Source: a virus
Taxonomy: Duplodnaviria; Heunggongvirae; Uroviricota; Caudoviricetes
IMG/VR virus record: IMGVR_UViG_2541047797_000007
Length of the DNA stretch: 40,315 bases
Strand: one strand, 5' to 3'
Shown here: piece by piece, positions 7,094 through 16,310 of the stretch
Layout: each line of letters begins with the position of its first letter
Numbering within the stretch: the first letter of the stretch is position 1
Position numbers and translations under genes: made by a program
Notes under the pieces: model-generated
The model's database searches: none
What the model was told of the DNA's origin: nothing
Seen by the model: only the letters and a program-made list of their open reading frames with translations

Positions 7094-7239
7094 TTGCAGA
7101 CAGGGGGGTGAATAGAGTACTATTACCTTACGGGTGATCCATAGCGATTAGGCACCGATACAGGAGGAGCCCACATGAGAAAATTTGACGAGTACGAAGG
7201 CGTTTAACATTCGGATAGTTCATTTACCCTAATGGTAAA
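7094..7239 (+). promoter_or_regulatory. Promoter/operator region of the 211-aa orphan gene (two operator palindromes)
   Basis: TTGCAG (7094-7099), 18-nt spacer, TACTAT (7118-7123). Operator ATTACCTTACGGGTGAT (7122-7138) overlaps the -10/+1. A second operator TTTACCCTAATGGTAAA sits at 7223-7239. A 10-codon mini-ORF with a strong SD lies between them. Confidence 0.55.
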
Positions 7240-7278
7240 TCCCGCTTAAAGAAGCATCTATATATTATGAGGTGATGT

Positions 7279-7914
7279 ATGCCACAACAACTGCTGAATC
7301 CGGCAAAGGTAACTGAGGTTTTCGCTCATCTGAACGAAACTCCAGACAACCGCGCCCTGTATTCAGAGTTAGTGAACGGCAACGATGTCACATCTGATGT
7401 CAAAGGCGTTTCTCTGGCTCCTGGATACCGCGTTGTCCGTGTAGACGATCGTAAGAAAGGCGAGATTCCACAGGCGCACTTTGAACTGTCATTGATAAAT
7501 GACCTCACCGAAGAGGTAGTGTATTACAATCGTGTCATTATCCAGCCTGACAGCTATCTTAACTGCCGTCCTGTCACGCAGATATTGGTATGGAGAACCC
7601 AGAAGCCTAAGCATCGTGCTGTGCTTCATGATTTCGCCGGCATCATCTTCATGAACTACCTCTTGGAACGGTACGATATCATCGTGTCAGATCGCAACCA
7701 GACTCATGAAGGCATGTCGTTCTGGCAGGCTCGCATGTATGACGCACTGGAACTTGGCCTCCACCTCTATGGTTACGACATGATGACATGCGAGCTGATA
7801 GAGATGAATAACGAGGAAGAGCTTGAGAAAGGTGAAACCTGGTTGTGGGGTGATGCGGAAAACTTCCAAAACAGATTGGCCATAATTTCAAAGCATAAGC
7901 TGCCAATAAAATAG
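7279..7914 (+). CDS. Hypothetical protein, 211 aa, accessory (moron-like) cassette
   Basis: Clean ORF with SD GAGGTGA (7270-7276) upstream of ATG 7279, its own promoter/operators and its own terminator. I recognise no motif. Confidence 0.8.
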   Translation: MPQQLLNPAKVTEVFAHLNETPDNRALYSELVNGNDVTSDVKGVSLAPGYRVVRVDDRKKGEIPQAHFELSLINDLTEEVVYYNRVIIQPDSYLNCRPVTQILVWRTQKPKHRAVLHDFAGIIFMNYLLERYDIIVSDRNQTHEGMSFWQARMYDALELGLHLYGYDMMTCELIEMNNEEELEKGETWLWGDAENFQNRLAIISKHKLPIK

Positions 7915-7920
7915 TTCTTT

Positions 7921-7943
7921 AAGCCCGCGACGCGGGCTTTTTT
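7921..7943 (+). terminator. Intrinsic terminator of the 211-aa gene
   Basis: Stem GCCCG (7923-7927) / CGGGC (7933-7937), followed by TTTTTT (7938-7943). Confidence 0.8.
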
Positions 7944-7980
7944 GTGTCTGCGGATTCCCGCCCTGGCGGCGGTGGCATTC

Positions 7981-8020
7981 GTTAAAAACAAGGCCGCGAA
8001 AGCGGCCTGTGACATGTCAC
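7981..8020 (-). terminator. Terminator of the virion (late) operon preceded by palindrome GTGACATGTCAC
   Basis: The minus strand reads GTGACATGTCAC (8020-8009, containing the TGA stop of the 98-aa gene), then GGCCGC-tttc-GCGGCC (8007-7992), then TTGTTTTTAAC. Confidence 0.75.
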
Positions 8021-8313
8021 GCTCTTTTTCTGAATGATAGCCATTCGAAAAATGATGACATTCCACCGCAGACAATAGCAAAGATGATCCCACCAAAGAA
8101 GAGAAGGCCAGCCTGCCACCACTCCCACCGCCATACATCCACAGCGCCAACCATACCAACAATCGCTCCAACAAATGGAATATAGCTCACGATGAAAGCA
8201 ATGGGGGCTGCAATTATCCAGTGCAATCCCCACCATGATTCAAGCCCAGCCATAATTGCTGCCAACTGAAAAAGACCAACGACGATATAAACAATGAATC
8301 CTATAGCTTGCAT
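8017..8313 (-). CDS. Small integral membrane protein (3 TM), last gene of the virion operon
   Basis: 98 aa, very hydrophobic and Trp/Gly-rich. SD AGGTGA lies upstream of ATG 8313. Confidence 0.7.
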   Translation of the reverse strand: MQAIGFIVYIVVGLFQLAAIMAGLESWWGLHWIIAAPIAFIVSYIPFVGAIVGMVGAVDVWRWEWWQAGLLFFGGIIFAIVCGGMSSFFEWLSFRKRA

Positions 8314-8325
8314 GTAGTCACCTAT

Positions 8326-8499
8326 TTACCCAGTAAAAATCAGAGGCCTCCCCTCAATAAGGCTTGCAACAAGAACTATTCCCTGCACAACAAAGATGAA
8401 CCAGCAAATAGCTTGAGTCTGAGGGTTAAGAAAATATTTGTAGCGGTCAATAAATAACAACCCACCAAAAATTATCACACTCAAAATAATTAAAAACAC
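8326..8499 (-). CDS. Possible small membrane protein (57 aa, GTG start)
   Basis: Not in the supplied track because it is under 60 aa. GTG at 8499 is preceded by AAGGAAG. Translation (M)FLIILSVIIFGGLLFIDRYKYFLNPQTQAICWFIFVVQGIVLVASLIEGRPLIFTG gives two TM helices. It fills the 8314-8508 gap exactly. Confidence 0.35.
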   Translation of the reverse strand: MFLIILSVIIFGGLLFIDRYKYFLNPQTQAICWFIFVVQGIVLVASLIEGRPLIFTG

Positions 8500-8508
8500 A
8501 ACACTTCC

Positions 8509-10983
8509 TTATTGCGGAGTGACATCCTGAGGTCGCCACCAGTATGTCTGGTTAAACTCTTTCTTCGAACGTTGCTCCATTTTACGCAAATAGCCTGGTG
8601 AAAAATACTCCTGCATCTGGTTAAAAATCATGTGATCGAGAGCCGCCTTCAAGTACCAGAGATTCGCACCTGGCATCAAACCTTTCCCCAGCTTCACCAA
8701 ATCACCACCAGTCTGCTCACTCTTCCCTTCCACAGCATTTAACGGTATGCCCTGAGCAATCTTCACTACGTCATCAACCAGACCAGCTACCGGGCCAAGC
8801 ATCGACGCCAGCGCGCCGCTTCCGTACCTAGTGTGATCTGACAATAAAAAGTCACCGTAAAGGCCAAGACCACCACCTTTCAGTAGAGCACCAAGCCAAA
8901 ATTTAGCAGCATCTTCTCCTGTCATCTCGCGAGGATTACGACCAGACGCAAGGTCGTTAAGTTGCTGCGACAAAGCGCCAAGAATGGTCGTACTGGCAAT
9001 AAACGTCGCAATATATGCCGCACGCCCACCAGCAGACGGCATACCCATAGCGCGTGACCAGTGACGCATAACCACCGAGATAGGGAACGATTTAAACAGG
9101 AAAACACTTCTCGTTAATTCACCTTTCCATGTTCCACGCTGAATACCAGAACCGGTTATCAGTTGCTCACGTGCTCCCGGTGTAATAACAGCCATATCAA
9201 CTTCTTCAGTTACGGCACCGAGCAGTTTACGCATTGCCTCAAATTTCACGCGTTCAGGCTCACCAAGATGTTTAACTGCTGAATCAGGGATACGCATAAT
9301 GCTTTCCGGTGTCAGCATCGTATTATTGCCGTTCCCCCAGTCCTCCTGTTGCGCCAGCTTCCATACGCTCCAGTCTGTGTCAGTAATCCCTTTGCTTTTC
9401 AGGATACGAAAATCAGAATCATCGAGGCTACGAAGGTCTGGTGTCCGTGACACTACTTCTCCCAGGCTTCCCATCATGGTTACGCCATAGGCGCGCTTGT
9501 GCGCATCTGACCATGCTGTAAGCCCACTGGCACGCATTACCGCCGTTGCAGCCCAACGAGACACAGACGGCCCCATATTATCCATCGCCCAGCGGTTAAC
9601 GCTGCCAAGTAGAGATTCCATCGCCAGACCAGCGCGGCGCGCCCGCGCAAGTTCTGTACGGTTCGTTGGGTCCATAGCTTCAAGCTGGTTGCGGAATAAC
9701 TGGTTCATTGGAAGGTTGGTAACCTTCGCAGACAGATACATGGTTCCAAGATCAGAGAACGATGACAGCAACGCGGATCCGAGTCTGCTGGCAACCAGCC
9801 AGTTGCGGATATTGTCAGACCATCGCGCGATGTGCGGATTCGCTACAGGCTGTGTCTTTCCGGAAATAAAGTTGTACAGATTCTCTGTGTTGTTCGCCAG
9901 CCGCTCGACTTTACCGGTTTTACTCGGGTTAGCTGTTGCCGTTTCTGCCTTAACCTGATCAAGAAGGGAGCGGAAAACATGATCGGGGTTTGGACCATAT
10001 GTTTCCACCAGAGCAATATCTTTACTGATACCTTCCAGGTGACCGACCATGATTTCCCATAGAGAGCGATCGCCATAAAGTTGTTGATATTGGAGATAGG
10101 AATCAGCATCTTTGAAATGTATCTGTCGTGATGCATTACCACGGTTAGCACGTGCGCCGGAAATTCGCATTCCGGTATCAGTAAGCTTATTCAGCCCACC
10201 AGTAGCGATCGTGTTATAAGCCTCTCCAAGAAATGCAGACAACTCGGCATCGTTCATCAGTTGTCCATCGGCTCGGGTATAATATTTGCGATCCAGCTTA
10301 CCTATAACATCGTTAACCCACTTATCCTTTGATACCGCCCCAACCTTTTCCATAGAATGATGTTGAGGGATCCCCCAGTTTTCGAGATAGCCAATGTCCC
10401 CACCAGCATCATTAAACCGGCGGCGCAGCAGCTCTGTAACTTCTCTCCACGCCTTAGCACCTTTTCTTGCTTTAGCATTGCCAGTATTTTGCCCCCGCAT
10501 TTCATATACCAGGTCACGTACGCCCGCTTCATCTTCAAACAGACCAAAAAAGCGAGGATCAACTGCTTCGAATGCCTCCTGCAATTGACTCAATGCATAA
10601 TCACGGGTGGCTTTTGTTCTGGATTCAACAGAGAGGAAATTAGATTTACCGTCTGCATTAAAAGCTATAGTACGGTTAAGAGCGCCAAGTTTCCCATCAG
10701 CCCCTTGATAGCTATTGATAAATTTATCCAATCTCTGACGCGCGGCTATAGTGAGAGCCACACGACGTTTCTTTAATGCCGCTTCTCGCTGTAATTCTTC
10801 AGATGCCAATTGTGCTGCTCGATATAGCCGCTCTGATTCGGAAAGTTGTCGCCACGACATCGGGTCATCACGAGCAATGGAGCGCATATTTCGATAAATG
10901 CGGTCTTCAATGTTCTGTATTTCTCGCGCCGTTAACATGCGCTGCGCCGCCTGCTGAACCGCCTGTATACATTCCTGTCTCAT
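8509..10983 (-). CDS. Large internal virion / DNA-ejection protein
   Basis: 824 aa. Last of three consecutive very large genes after the tail-tube genes, as in T7-like and epsilon15-like podoviruses. Function assigned by position only. Confidence 0.6.
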   Translation of the reverse strand: MRQECIQAVQQAAQRMLTAREIQNIEDRIYRNMRSIARDDPMSWRQLSESERLYRAAQLASEELQREAALKKRRVALTIAARQRLDKFINSYQGADGKLGALNRTIAFNADGKSNFLSVESRTKATRDYALSQLQEAFEAVDPRFFGLFEDEAGVRDLVYEMRGQNTGNAKARKGAKAWREVTELLRRRFNDAGGDIGYLENWGIPQHHSMEKVGAVSKDKWVNDVIGKLDRKYYTRADGQLMNDAELSAFLGEAYNTIATGGLNKLTDTGMRISGARANRGNASRQIHFKDADSYLQYQQLYGDRSLWEIMVGHLEGISKDIALVETYGPNPDHVFRSLLDQVKAETATANPSKTGKVERLANNTENLYNFISGKTQPVANPHIARWSDNIRNWLVASRLGSALLSSFSDLGTMYLSAKVTNLPMNQLFRNQLEAMDPTNRTELARARRAGLAMESLLGSVNRWAMDNMGPSVSRWAATAVMRASGLTAWSDAHKRAYGVTMMGSLGEVVSRTPDLRSLDDSDFRILKSKGITDTDWSVWKLAQQEDWGNGNNTMLTPESIMRIPDSAVKHLGEPERVKFEAMRKLLGAVTEEVDMAVITPGAREQLITGSGIQRGTWKGELTRSVFLFKSFPISVVMRHWSRAMGMPSAGGRAAYIATFIASTTILGALSQQLNDLASGRNPREMTGEDAAKFWLGALLKGGGLGLYGDFLLSDHTRYGSGALASMLGPVAGLVDDVVKIAQGIPLNAVEGKSEQTGGDLVKLGKGLMPGANLWYLKAALDHMIFNQMQEYFSPGYLRKMEQRSKKEFNQTYWWRPQDVTPQ

Positions 10984-10988
10984 TTAAT

Positions 10989-12791
10989 TTAACCTCTCAA
11001 GAAACACGCCACAGCGACATCAAACAGGCTGGAATCCTGTATTGCCTGCTCACTTTCCCTGTTCGCTTCATCCAGTACTTCACGCGCACTGCGCGATTGT
11101 GGATTACCATCATCATCCAGCACGGTGATTATCATGTCAGGTGATTCAAGCAGCGAGTCTTCAGCTATACGCAGATCAATATCTCCTGCCGGATCTGCCA
11201 TCATTTTTTGTTCTGTCTGTTGCAATATCTTACCGGGCTCAAAAGGAGCTACTTCGTCTGGCGTCCTGACCTCTGCTGTTTTATAGAATGAAACAGCCTG
11301 AGCATTAAGTTCACTTTCTGCCTGCTGTCGTCGTGCCAGTTCTGCTCGAGCTTCAAAAAACTGACCGCCAGGCTCATGCGGTGCCAACGCGTTACGGGAA
11401 AATTCCAGGCGCTCTTGTGCCTGCCGGATTCGTTGGTCAATATCGCGAAGTCTGACCTGTTTATCTGATCGAGCACGAGACAAAGCTTTACCGCTACCGG
11501 TTGGCTCTTCTGCAAGAATTTGTGCGCGCTGTTCAGTGAGATTTTCAATAATTCGTTGGCTATTAGCGATTTCAGACTGGTAAACCTGTCTATCGCCACG
11601 CGGCAAAAGCTGCGCGGCCTGTTCTTCAAGCAACCGATTTTCTATAGCGCGCGCCGTTACTCCATCATCTACAGATGACAGAGCCTCATTAACTGCCTGA
11701 GACAACAGACTCTTGCGCCCAGGAATTTCACTGAAAGATGCAGACTCAACAATGCTGGCAACGTCTACAGGTCTCCCCTGGCTAACATCAGACATAGCTT
11801 TTCGCAGAGCCTGAATGTGAGAATTGCGCGAAAGCACGTTGATCGGCACGCCGGGCGCAATATCAATTTCAGCATGATGAGCGGCATTCGCCGCCAGTGC
11901 AGCATCAACATCAACTGGTGAAAAATTTGGTGCGCTTGTAGACTCGCCGCGAGAGTTCATAAATCTGCCGACACCACCAAACGCCACCCCAAGAACAGCA
12001 TCAATAGCAATTGCCTGTCGATCCAACACATCATACTGGTTAGCCATTTCGCTATAGCCACCATCACGAAGCGTTTTTGCAGTAAGCCCACGCTGTGCCA
12101 TACCGAACGCAATATTTGTACCTGCGGCATAGGCAATATCTGGCGTTGCACGTACTGCTGTTGCTGCGGCGCGTCGCACTGAACTTTCACCCGTCCGCGC
12201 AAGCTGGGCCGCCACACCTTCCGCCAGCGCACCACCAGCACGTAACCCGAGGCTCATAGGGATCAGTGTTCCGGCACCAGCAGTAATACCCTGCACTAAT
12301 CCCGCTTCCTGCGCCGTCCTGAAATCAACACCCTGTGCTGTCAGCCGTTCAAACTCAGAAAAACCCTGTAGAGAAGTTACCGCCGCAGCACCTCCGACCG
12401 GACCACCGAGCGTTGTACCGACAACAGCCTGCCCTCCCATATCGAACAACCCATAAAGGACCTGCCCGGCGGTTCCGGTTGTCGCGGCATCAGGCGTCAG
12501 CCGCTTAACCTGCTGCTCTGCTAGTTTTCTCTGCTCGGCAATGTATGAAACTGAAGTGTCATTGAGCGAGGTGTTTTCGTTAACAAACTGAGCAATCGGG
12601 GATACGATTTTATCCATCCCTGCCCATAGCAACTGATCTGGCTTTGCCACCAGCCCGGAGTACAAACCAGACAATGCCGCTCCTACAGCATTGTCGAAAA
12701 AACCAACATCGCTGTTAAAGCCAGCTGGATTTGATGCTGCTTCGTCAAGCTGCTGATTCTGGTTTACTGGATTAAGGCCAAAGTAACTCAT
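10989..12791 (-). CDS. Internal virion / ejection protein
   Basis: 600 aa, Gly/Ala-rich N-half and coiled-coil C-half. Overlaps the upstream gene by 4 nt. Function assigned by position only. Confidence 0.6.
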   Translation of the reverse strand: MSYFGLNPVNQNQQLDEAASNPAGFNSDVGFFDNAVGAALSGLYSGLVAKPDQLLWAGMDKIVSPIAQFVNENTSLNDTSVSYIAEQRKLAEQQVKRLTPDAATTGTAGQVLYGLFDMGGQAVVGTTLGGPVGGAAAVTSLQGFSEFERLTAQGVDFRTAQEAGLVQGITAGAGTLIPMSLGLRAGGALAEGVAAQLARTGESSVRRAAATAVRATPDIAYAAGTNIAFGMAQRGLTAKTLRDGGYSEMANQYDVLDRQAIAIDAVLGVAFGGVGRFMNSRGESTSAPNFSPVDVDAALAANAAHHAEIDIAPGVPINVLSRNSHIQALRKAMSDVSQGRPVDVASIVESASFSEIPGRKSLLSQAVNEALSSVDDGVTARAIENRLLEEQAAQLLPRGDRQVYQSEIANSQRIIENLTEQRAQILAEEPTGSGKALSRARSDKQVRLRDIDQRIRQAQERLEFSRNALAPHEPGGQFFEARAELARRQQAESELNAQAVSFYKTAEVRTPDEVAPFEPGKILQQTEQKMMADPAGDIDLRIAEDSLLESPDMIITVLDDDGNPQSRSAREVLDEANRESEQAIQDSSLFDVAVACFLRG

Positions 12792-15301
12792 TGCGGAATA
12801 TCTCCGGAGAATCTCTGACGCTTCTGTGTCAGATTAAGAACAACGGGAGAACCATCATCTTTCAGCAGATAACCAGTACCAAGTTTCACCAGGTACTGAC
12901 TATCGCCGTAACTTTGCAAACCATACTGACCAGGCGGTGTTTTTATCCCGGAGCCGACAACTTGTTCATTCCAAGCCTGATTAACCTGCTTATCGAATTG
13001 CTCCGCAGACATTCCCCACGGCAAAAGGACATTCCCCATTCCGTTATAGTCATGCACGCCACCTGTAGCTACGTTAACAGCCTGTTTCCAGACATCATTG
13101 TCAATTTCGCCTGATACCACGCCTTTTTTCGCCATCACACCAGCGTAATAATCCTTTGCGATCTCGTATGCCATTGATGCCCCCTGAGCGTCACCAGCAA
13201 ATGCATCCTTCACCATGTCAGAAAACTCAAGGCGAAGATCAGCATCTTTAGGCATCGGAATACCTTTCGCATCATCAGTACCTTTACGAGCCGCCGCGCC
13301 AGCAAGAATTGTCTGCGCAGCGGTTTCAGGAGACACGGAAACATCCGGATTAAACCAGTTTTTTTCTGCCAAAATACCACCTGGCTTATCCATCAGTATC
13401 CCGGCAACGGCAGCAGATGGAGCGTTGGCACTGATCTGCTGTAGTGCTGACATATACACCTGCCCACCACCAGTGCTCTGCCTGATGGTATCGAGATATG
13501 CTGCCTGTTGGGAAACTGGAGCATCACGAAAGAAAACACCGATCTGATTGGCCTCGTCTTTGGAAAAGAACGTCAGTGGAGTGCCATATGACTTAGCAAG
13601 GTCACTGACCTGAGCGGCACGCAAGGCAACGCTCTGTCCAAAGTTATCCTTATTGCTCATGTCGATAGGCTTTGCCTGTCCGGCGGCAAGAGAGAACTGC
13701 ACAGGATCCGATTGCCGCTGCTTTATCACCTGATTTGCAGCCGAAACAACGTTGTCATAAAGAGCTGCGCGTGCCGCATACCCCTCCCCTGTCTCACCAG
13801 TATCCGGGCGTAATTGCTCAACATATGCTGTAATGCTGCTTGTCGGCATGTTGCGGAAAGAGCCTATATACTGTCCGGCGATTTGCGTATTTCTGAACTC
13901 GGTATATCGCAGGTTTCCTTCTCTGACTCCATAAGCTGCAATAAAATCAGCCTCACCAGGTGGGTTAGGAAATTCAACGCCACGCATATACGCAGATGTC
14001 GCATCGCGAACTTGGCTGTCAATCATCGTTTTATATTCAGCCTGCTGCTGCCGACGCAGTTGATCCGCCTGTCGCATAAAACTTGCCTGCGCCTCAGGAG
14101 ATGCCGCATCGAATGCTGCATTACCGGTATAGCGTTTGGTGTTGGTTGGAATTGTTGATAAACCAAGTGCTGCACTGACACCAGCAGTTAACTGCTGATC
14201 ACTGTATGGCTGGCTACCGTTCTCATGATGGATAATGGCTGCACAAAGCGCCTTCAGGGTATCAGGATTAGATGCATCGAGAGGCTCATCAGCAGAAACG
14301 CCAAGTTGTTCGCACACTGCTTTGATATACGACATAGTGTCATTTTTATCAGTAGGCGGTGCCCAGCGATTAATTATCTCGCTGACGGTATCGATACCCT
14401 GCCGCTGATACGACATCAGGTTACGCCCTAATGCACGAATCCCGTGCTCAGGTGTTTCGAATTTAGCAAATCGACCATCATCACCGGTCTGGCCTACCCA
14501 CGGATTAGTTTTGCTGTATTCGAGATTTCCTGGGTTATTGTTGCGTATGCCACGGGCACGCTCGGAAGAGTCATTATCTGCTACAGCACGGCGAGCTCCA
14601 GCAGCAGTATCACTTAACTCGCCATTACTTTGGATGAATGCGGTCGCATTGTTTGCCGACCACTGGGACAATGCGGCATCAGCAACCTTCTCTTTAAACT
14701 CGATTTTCTTGGCCTGTATTTGCTCGTCGCTCCAGCCATGCGCAACGCCGTAATCCTCAATTTGCTGGAAAGTTTGCTTATTAGCCAATACGTATGCGGC
14801 GTTGTCGCCATACAATGCTGCGGCATTTTTACCATTGTTCAGCAGCGTCGCCTGAAACTGGCCTTCTTCGTAGGCATTTATTTGCCCTATCTCGTGCCGC
14901 CCGGCCTGCGTAGTGAACTGAATGCGCTGCTGCTGCGCCTGCTGCATGAAAGCATTACGAGCCTGTTCATCCGGCAGCGACATAGCCAGTTGCTCGACCT
15001 GGGCATCAAACTGCTGCGTATACTCCTGACCTTTTCCAATAGCATTTTTCCCTTTCAGGTTAAGCAATCCTGTTTCAGGATTATTCAGCAGATCACTGCT
15101 TATCTGACTGAGGTTAAGAGATGCCTCCTGAGCCAGAGCGATATTGGCACGCTGTTTTGCCTGCCCCAAAACATCAATTGCCTCTGTCCCTGCCCGAACA
15201 AAAGCATCACTAATACCTGGCTGAGAAAACGTCTGCAAGCCTGCTGACTGAACTCCACGACTCTCAACCTGACGTCCGGATACTGTTGGTACGACTGGCA
15301 T
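12788..15301 (-). CDS. Internal virion / ejection protein with a putative muralytic domain
   Basis: Start taken at MPVVPTVSG (SD GGAGGA; ATG overlaps the upstream TAA as TAATG), giving 837 aa. Segment RGIRNNNPGNLEY...GIRALGRNL..Y...G..T...II.RWAP resembles a conserved phage virion-associated cell-wall-acting domain (from memory, unverified). Confidence 0.6.
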   Translation of the reverse strand: MPVVPTVSGRQVESRGVQSAGLQTFSQPGISDAFVRAGTEAIDVLGQAKQRANIALAQEASLNLSQISSDLLNNPETGLLNLKGKNAIGKGQEYTQQFDAQVEQLAMSLPDEQARNAFMQQAQQQRIQFTTQAGRHEIGQINAYEEGQFQATLLNNGKNAAALYGDNAAYVLANKQTFQQIEDYGVAHGWSDEQIQAKKIEFKEKVADAALSQWSANNATAFIQSNGELSDTAAGARRAVADNDSSERARGIRNNNPGNLEYSKTNPWVGQTGDDGRFAKFETPEHGIRALGRNLMSYQRQGIDTVSEIINRWAPPTDKNDTMSYIKAVCEQLGVSADEPLDASNPDTLKALCAAIIHHENGSQPYSDQQLTAGVSAALGLSTIPTNTKRYTGNAAFDAASPEAQASFMRQADQLRRQQQAEYKTMIDSQVRDATSAYMRGVEFPNPPGEADFIAAYGVREGNLRYTEFRNTQIAGQYIGSFRNMPTSSITAYVEQLRPDTGETGEGYAARAALYDNVVSAANQVIKQRQSDPVQFSLAAGQAKPIDMSNKDNFGQSVALRAAQVSDLAKSYGTPLTFFSKDEANQIGVFFRDAPVSQQAAYLDTIRQSTGGGQVYMSALQQISANAPSAAVAGILMDKPGGILAEKNWFNPDVSVSPETAAQTILAGAAARKGTDDAKGIPMPKDADLRLEFSDMVKDAFAGDAQGASMAYEIAKDYYAGVMAKKGVVSGEIDNDVWKQAVNVATGGVHDYNGMGNVLLPWGMSAEQFDKQVNQAWNEQVVGSGIKTPPGQYGLQSYGDSQYLVKLGTGYLLKDDGSPVVLNLTQKRQRFSGDIPQ

Positions 15302-15846
15302 TATAATCCTCCGGGTAATCTGGTTCCTGCTGCCGCCCCGATTGGCGCAGGGGTGCTTTGAGTAAACGGACTCCACGTCCCACCAAACATCTGGTACGCA
15401 CCGTATGCCTTCAGAGGCGCAGTGAGCAATGTTGTTGCTGCTCCCACATTCCCCTGTTTACGGGCTGAACTGGCTTCTGCTTTATAGTTGGCAGCCTGAA
15501 CCTGATAACCGTAAGCCTCGCGTTGCGCGTTATTCACCGTCGTTAGCGAATCAAGAGCGCCAAACTGAGCAGTGTCACCAAATATATCCAGCGCGTTACC
15601 TGTAGATAAATCAGCGCCGGTCGCCCCCATTGTCGCCGCCTGTGTACCAAGCCGCTGTCGGGTCTCTCTGCGCCGTTGCTCAGCTTCAGCGTTACCTCTG
15701 TTTATTGCATCATTTGCCTGAGCTGTGGCTATATCTGCGTTCGCTTCTGCAACCTTCGAGGCATACTTTCCCTGTTGGTACTGGGTGTATGCCTGAATGC
15801 CACTCATGGCGAGCATTGCGCCACCAGCAATAACCGGATCGCACAT
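15301..15846 (-). CDS. Small internal virion protein (T7 gp14-like position)
   Basis: 181 aa, Ala/Gly/Gln-rich with a hydrophobic N-terminus. Translationally coupled on both sides. Confidence 0.55.
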   Translation of the reverse strand: MCDPVIAGGAMLAMSGIQAYTQYQQGKYASKVAEANADIATAQANDAINRGNAEAEQRRRETRQRLGTQAATMGATGADLSTGNALDIFGDTAQFGALDSLTTVNNAQREAYGYQVQAANYKAEASSARKQGNVGAATTLLTAPLKAYGAYQMFGGTWSPFTQSTPAPIGAAAGTRLPGGL

Positions 15847-16310
15847 TATTTTCTCTCCATGTGAAATCTGTGGAAATTAAGACCAAGAGCACCATAAGGC
15901 GCGGCTTCTTCAAGCCTGAATCCAAGCCAGTGCAGCCATGCTTTGGCAACATGGTTTCGCTCGTCGACGTAGTTTTCCAGGCGCGGATAAACTGCCAGCA
16001 TCTGCTGCAATACAGGGCGGCAGTGGCGCAGAAATGTCTTCTGATATTTTTCAATACGGCTGGTTCCGACCAGCCAGGGCGTACCATTGCCACCGATCAT
16101 TGACGCCGGAGATACACCAAACATGGTTACCAGTTCTCCGTTCGCGAACCCTGACCAAGCCATAGTCGCAGTGCGAAGACCAACACGCAGCGCATCTTCG
16201 GTAGTCATCAGCGATACCGCATACAGTTCGTCAATATCAGCCTGACGAACATCCGGCAAAATCATCTGAAGATGCTCTTCGGTAGCGGGAATAATTTGAA
16301 CATCAATCAT
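15846..16310 (-). CDS. Virion-associated protein, 154 aa (possibly acetyltransferase-fold; T7 gp13-like position)
   Basis: ATGA-type overlaps with both neighbours. Function uncertain. Confidence 0.5.
   Translation of the reverse strand: MIDVQIIPATEEHLQMILPDVRQADIDELYAVSLMTTEDALRVGLRTATMAWSGFANGELVTMFGVSPASMIGGNGTPWLVGTSRIEKYQKTFLRHCRPVLQQMLAVYPRLENYVDERNHVAKAWLHWLGFRLEEAAPYGALGLNFHRFHMERK

Noticed and set aside
8009-8020. Reading TGTGACATGTCACG as a CRP site
   Set aside because: CRP needs TGTGA-N6-TCACA and here the spacer is 4 bp. The same holds for the copies at 25053 and 27317.
9716-9732. Inverted repeat AAGGTTGGTAACCTT resembling the operator half-site GGTAA
   Set aside because: It lacks the TTACC-N5-GGTAA geometry and lies deep inside an ejection-protein CDS. 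Probably coincidental.
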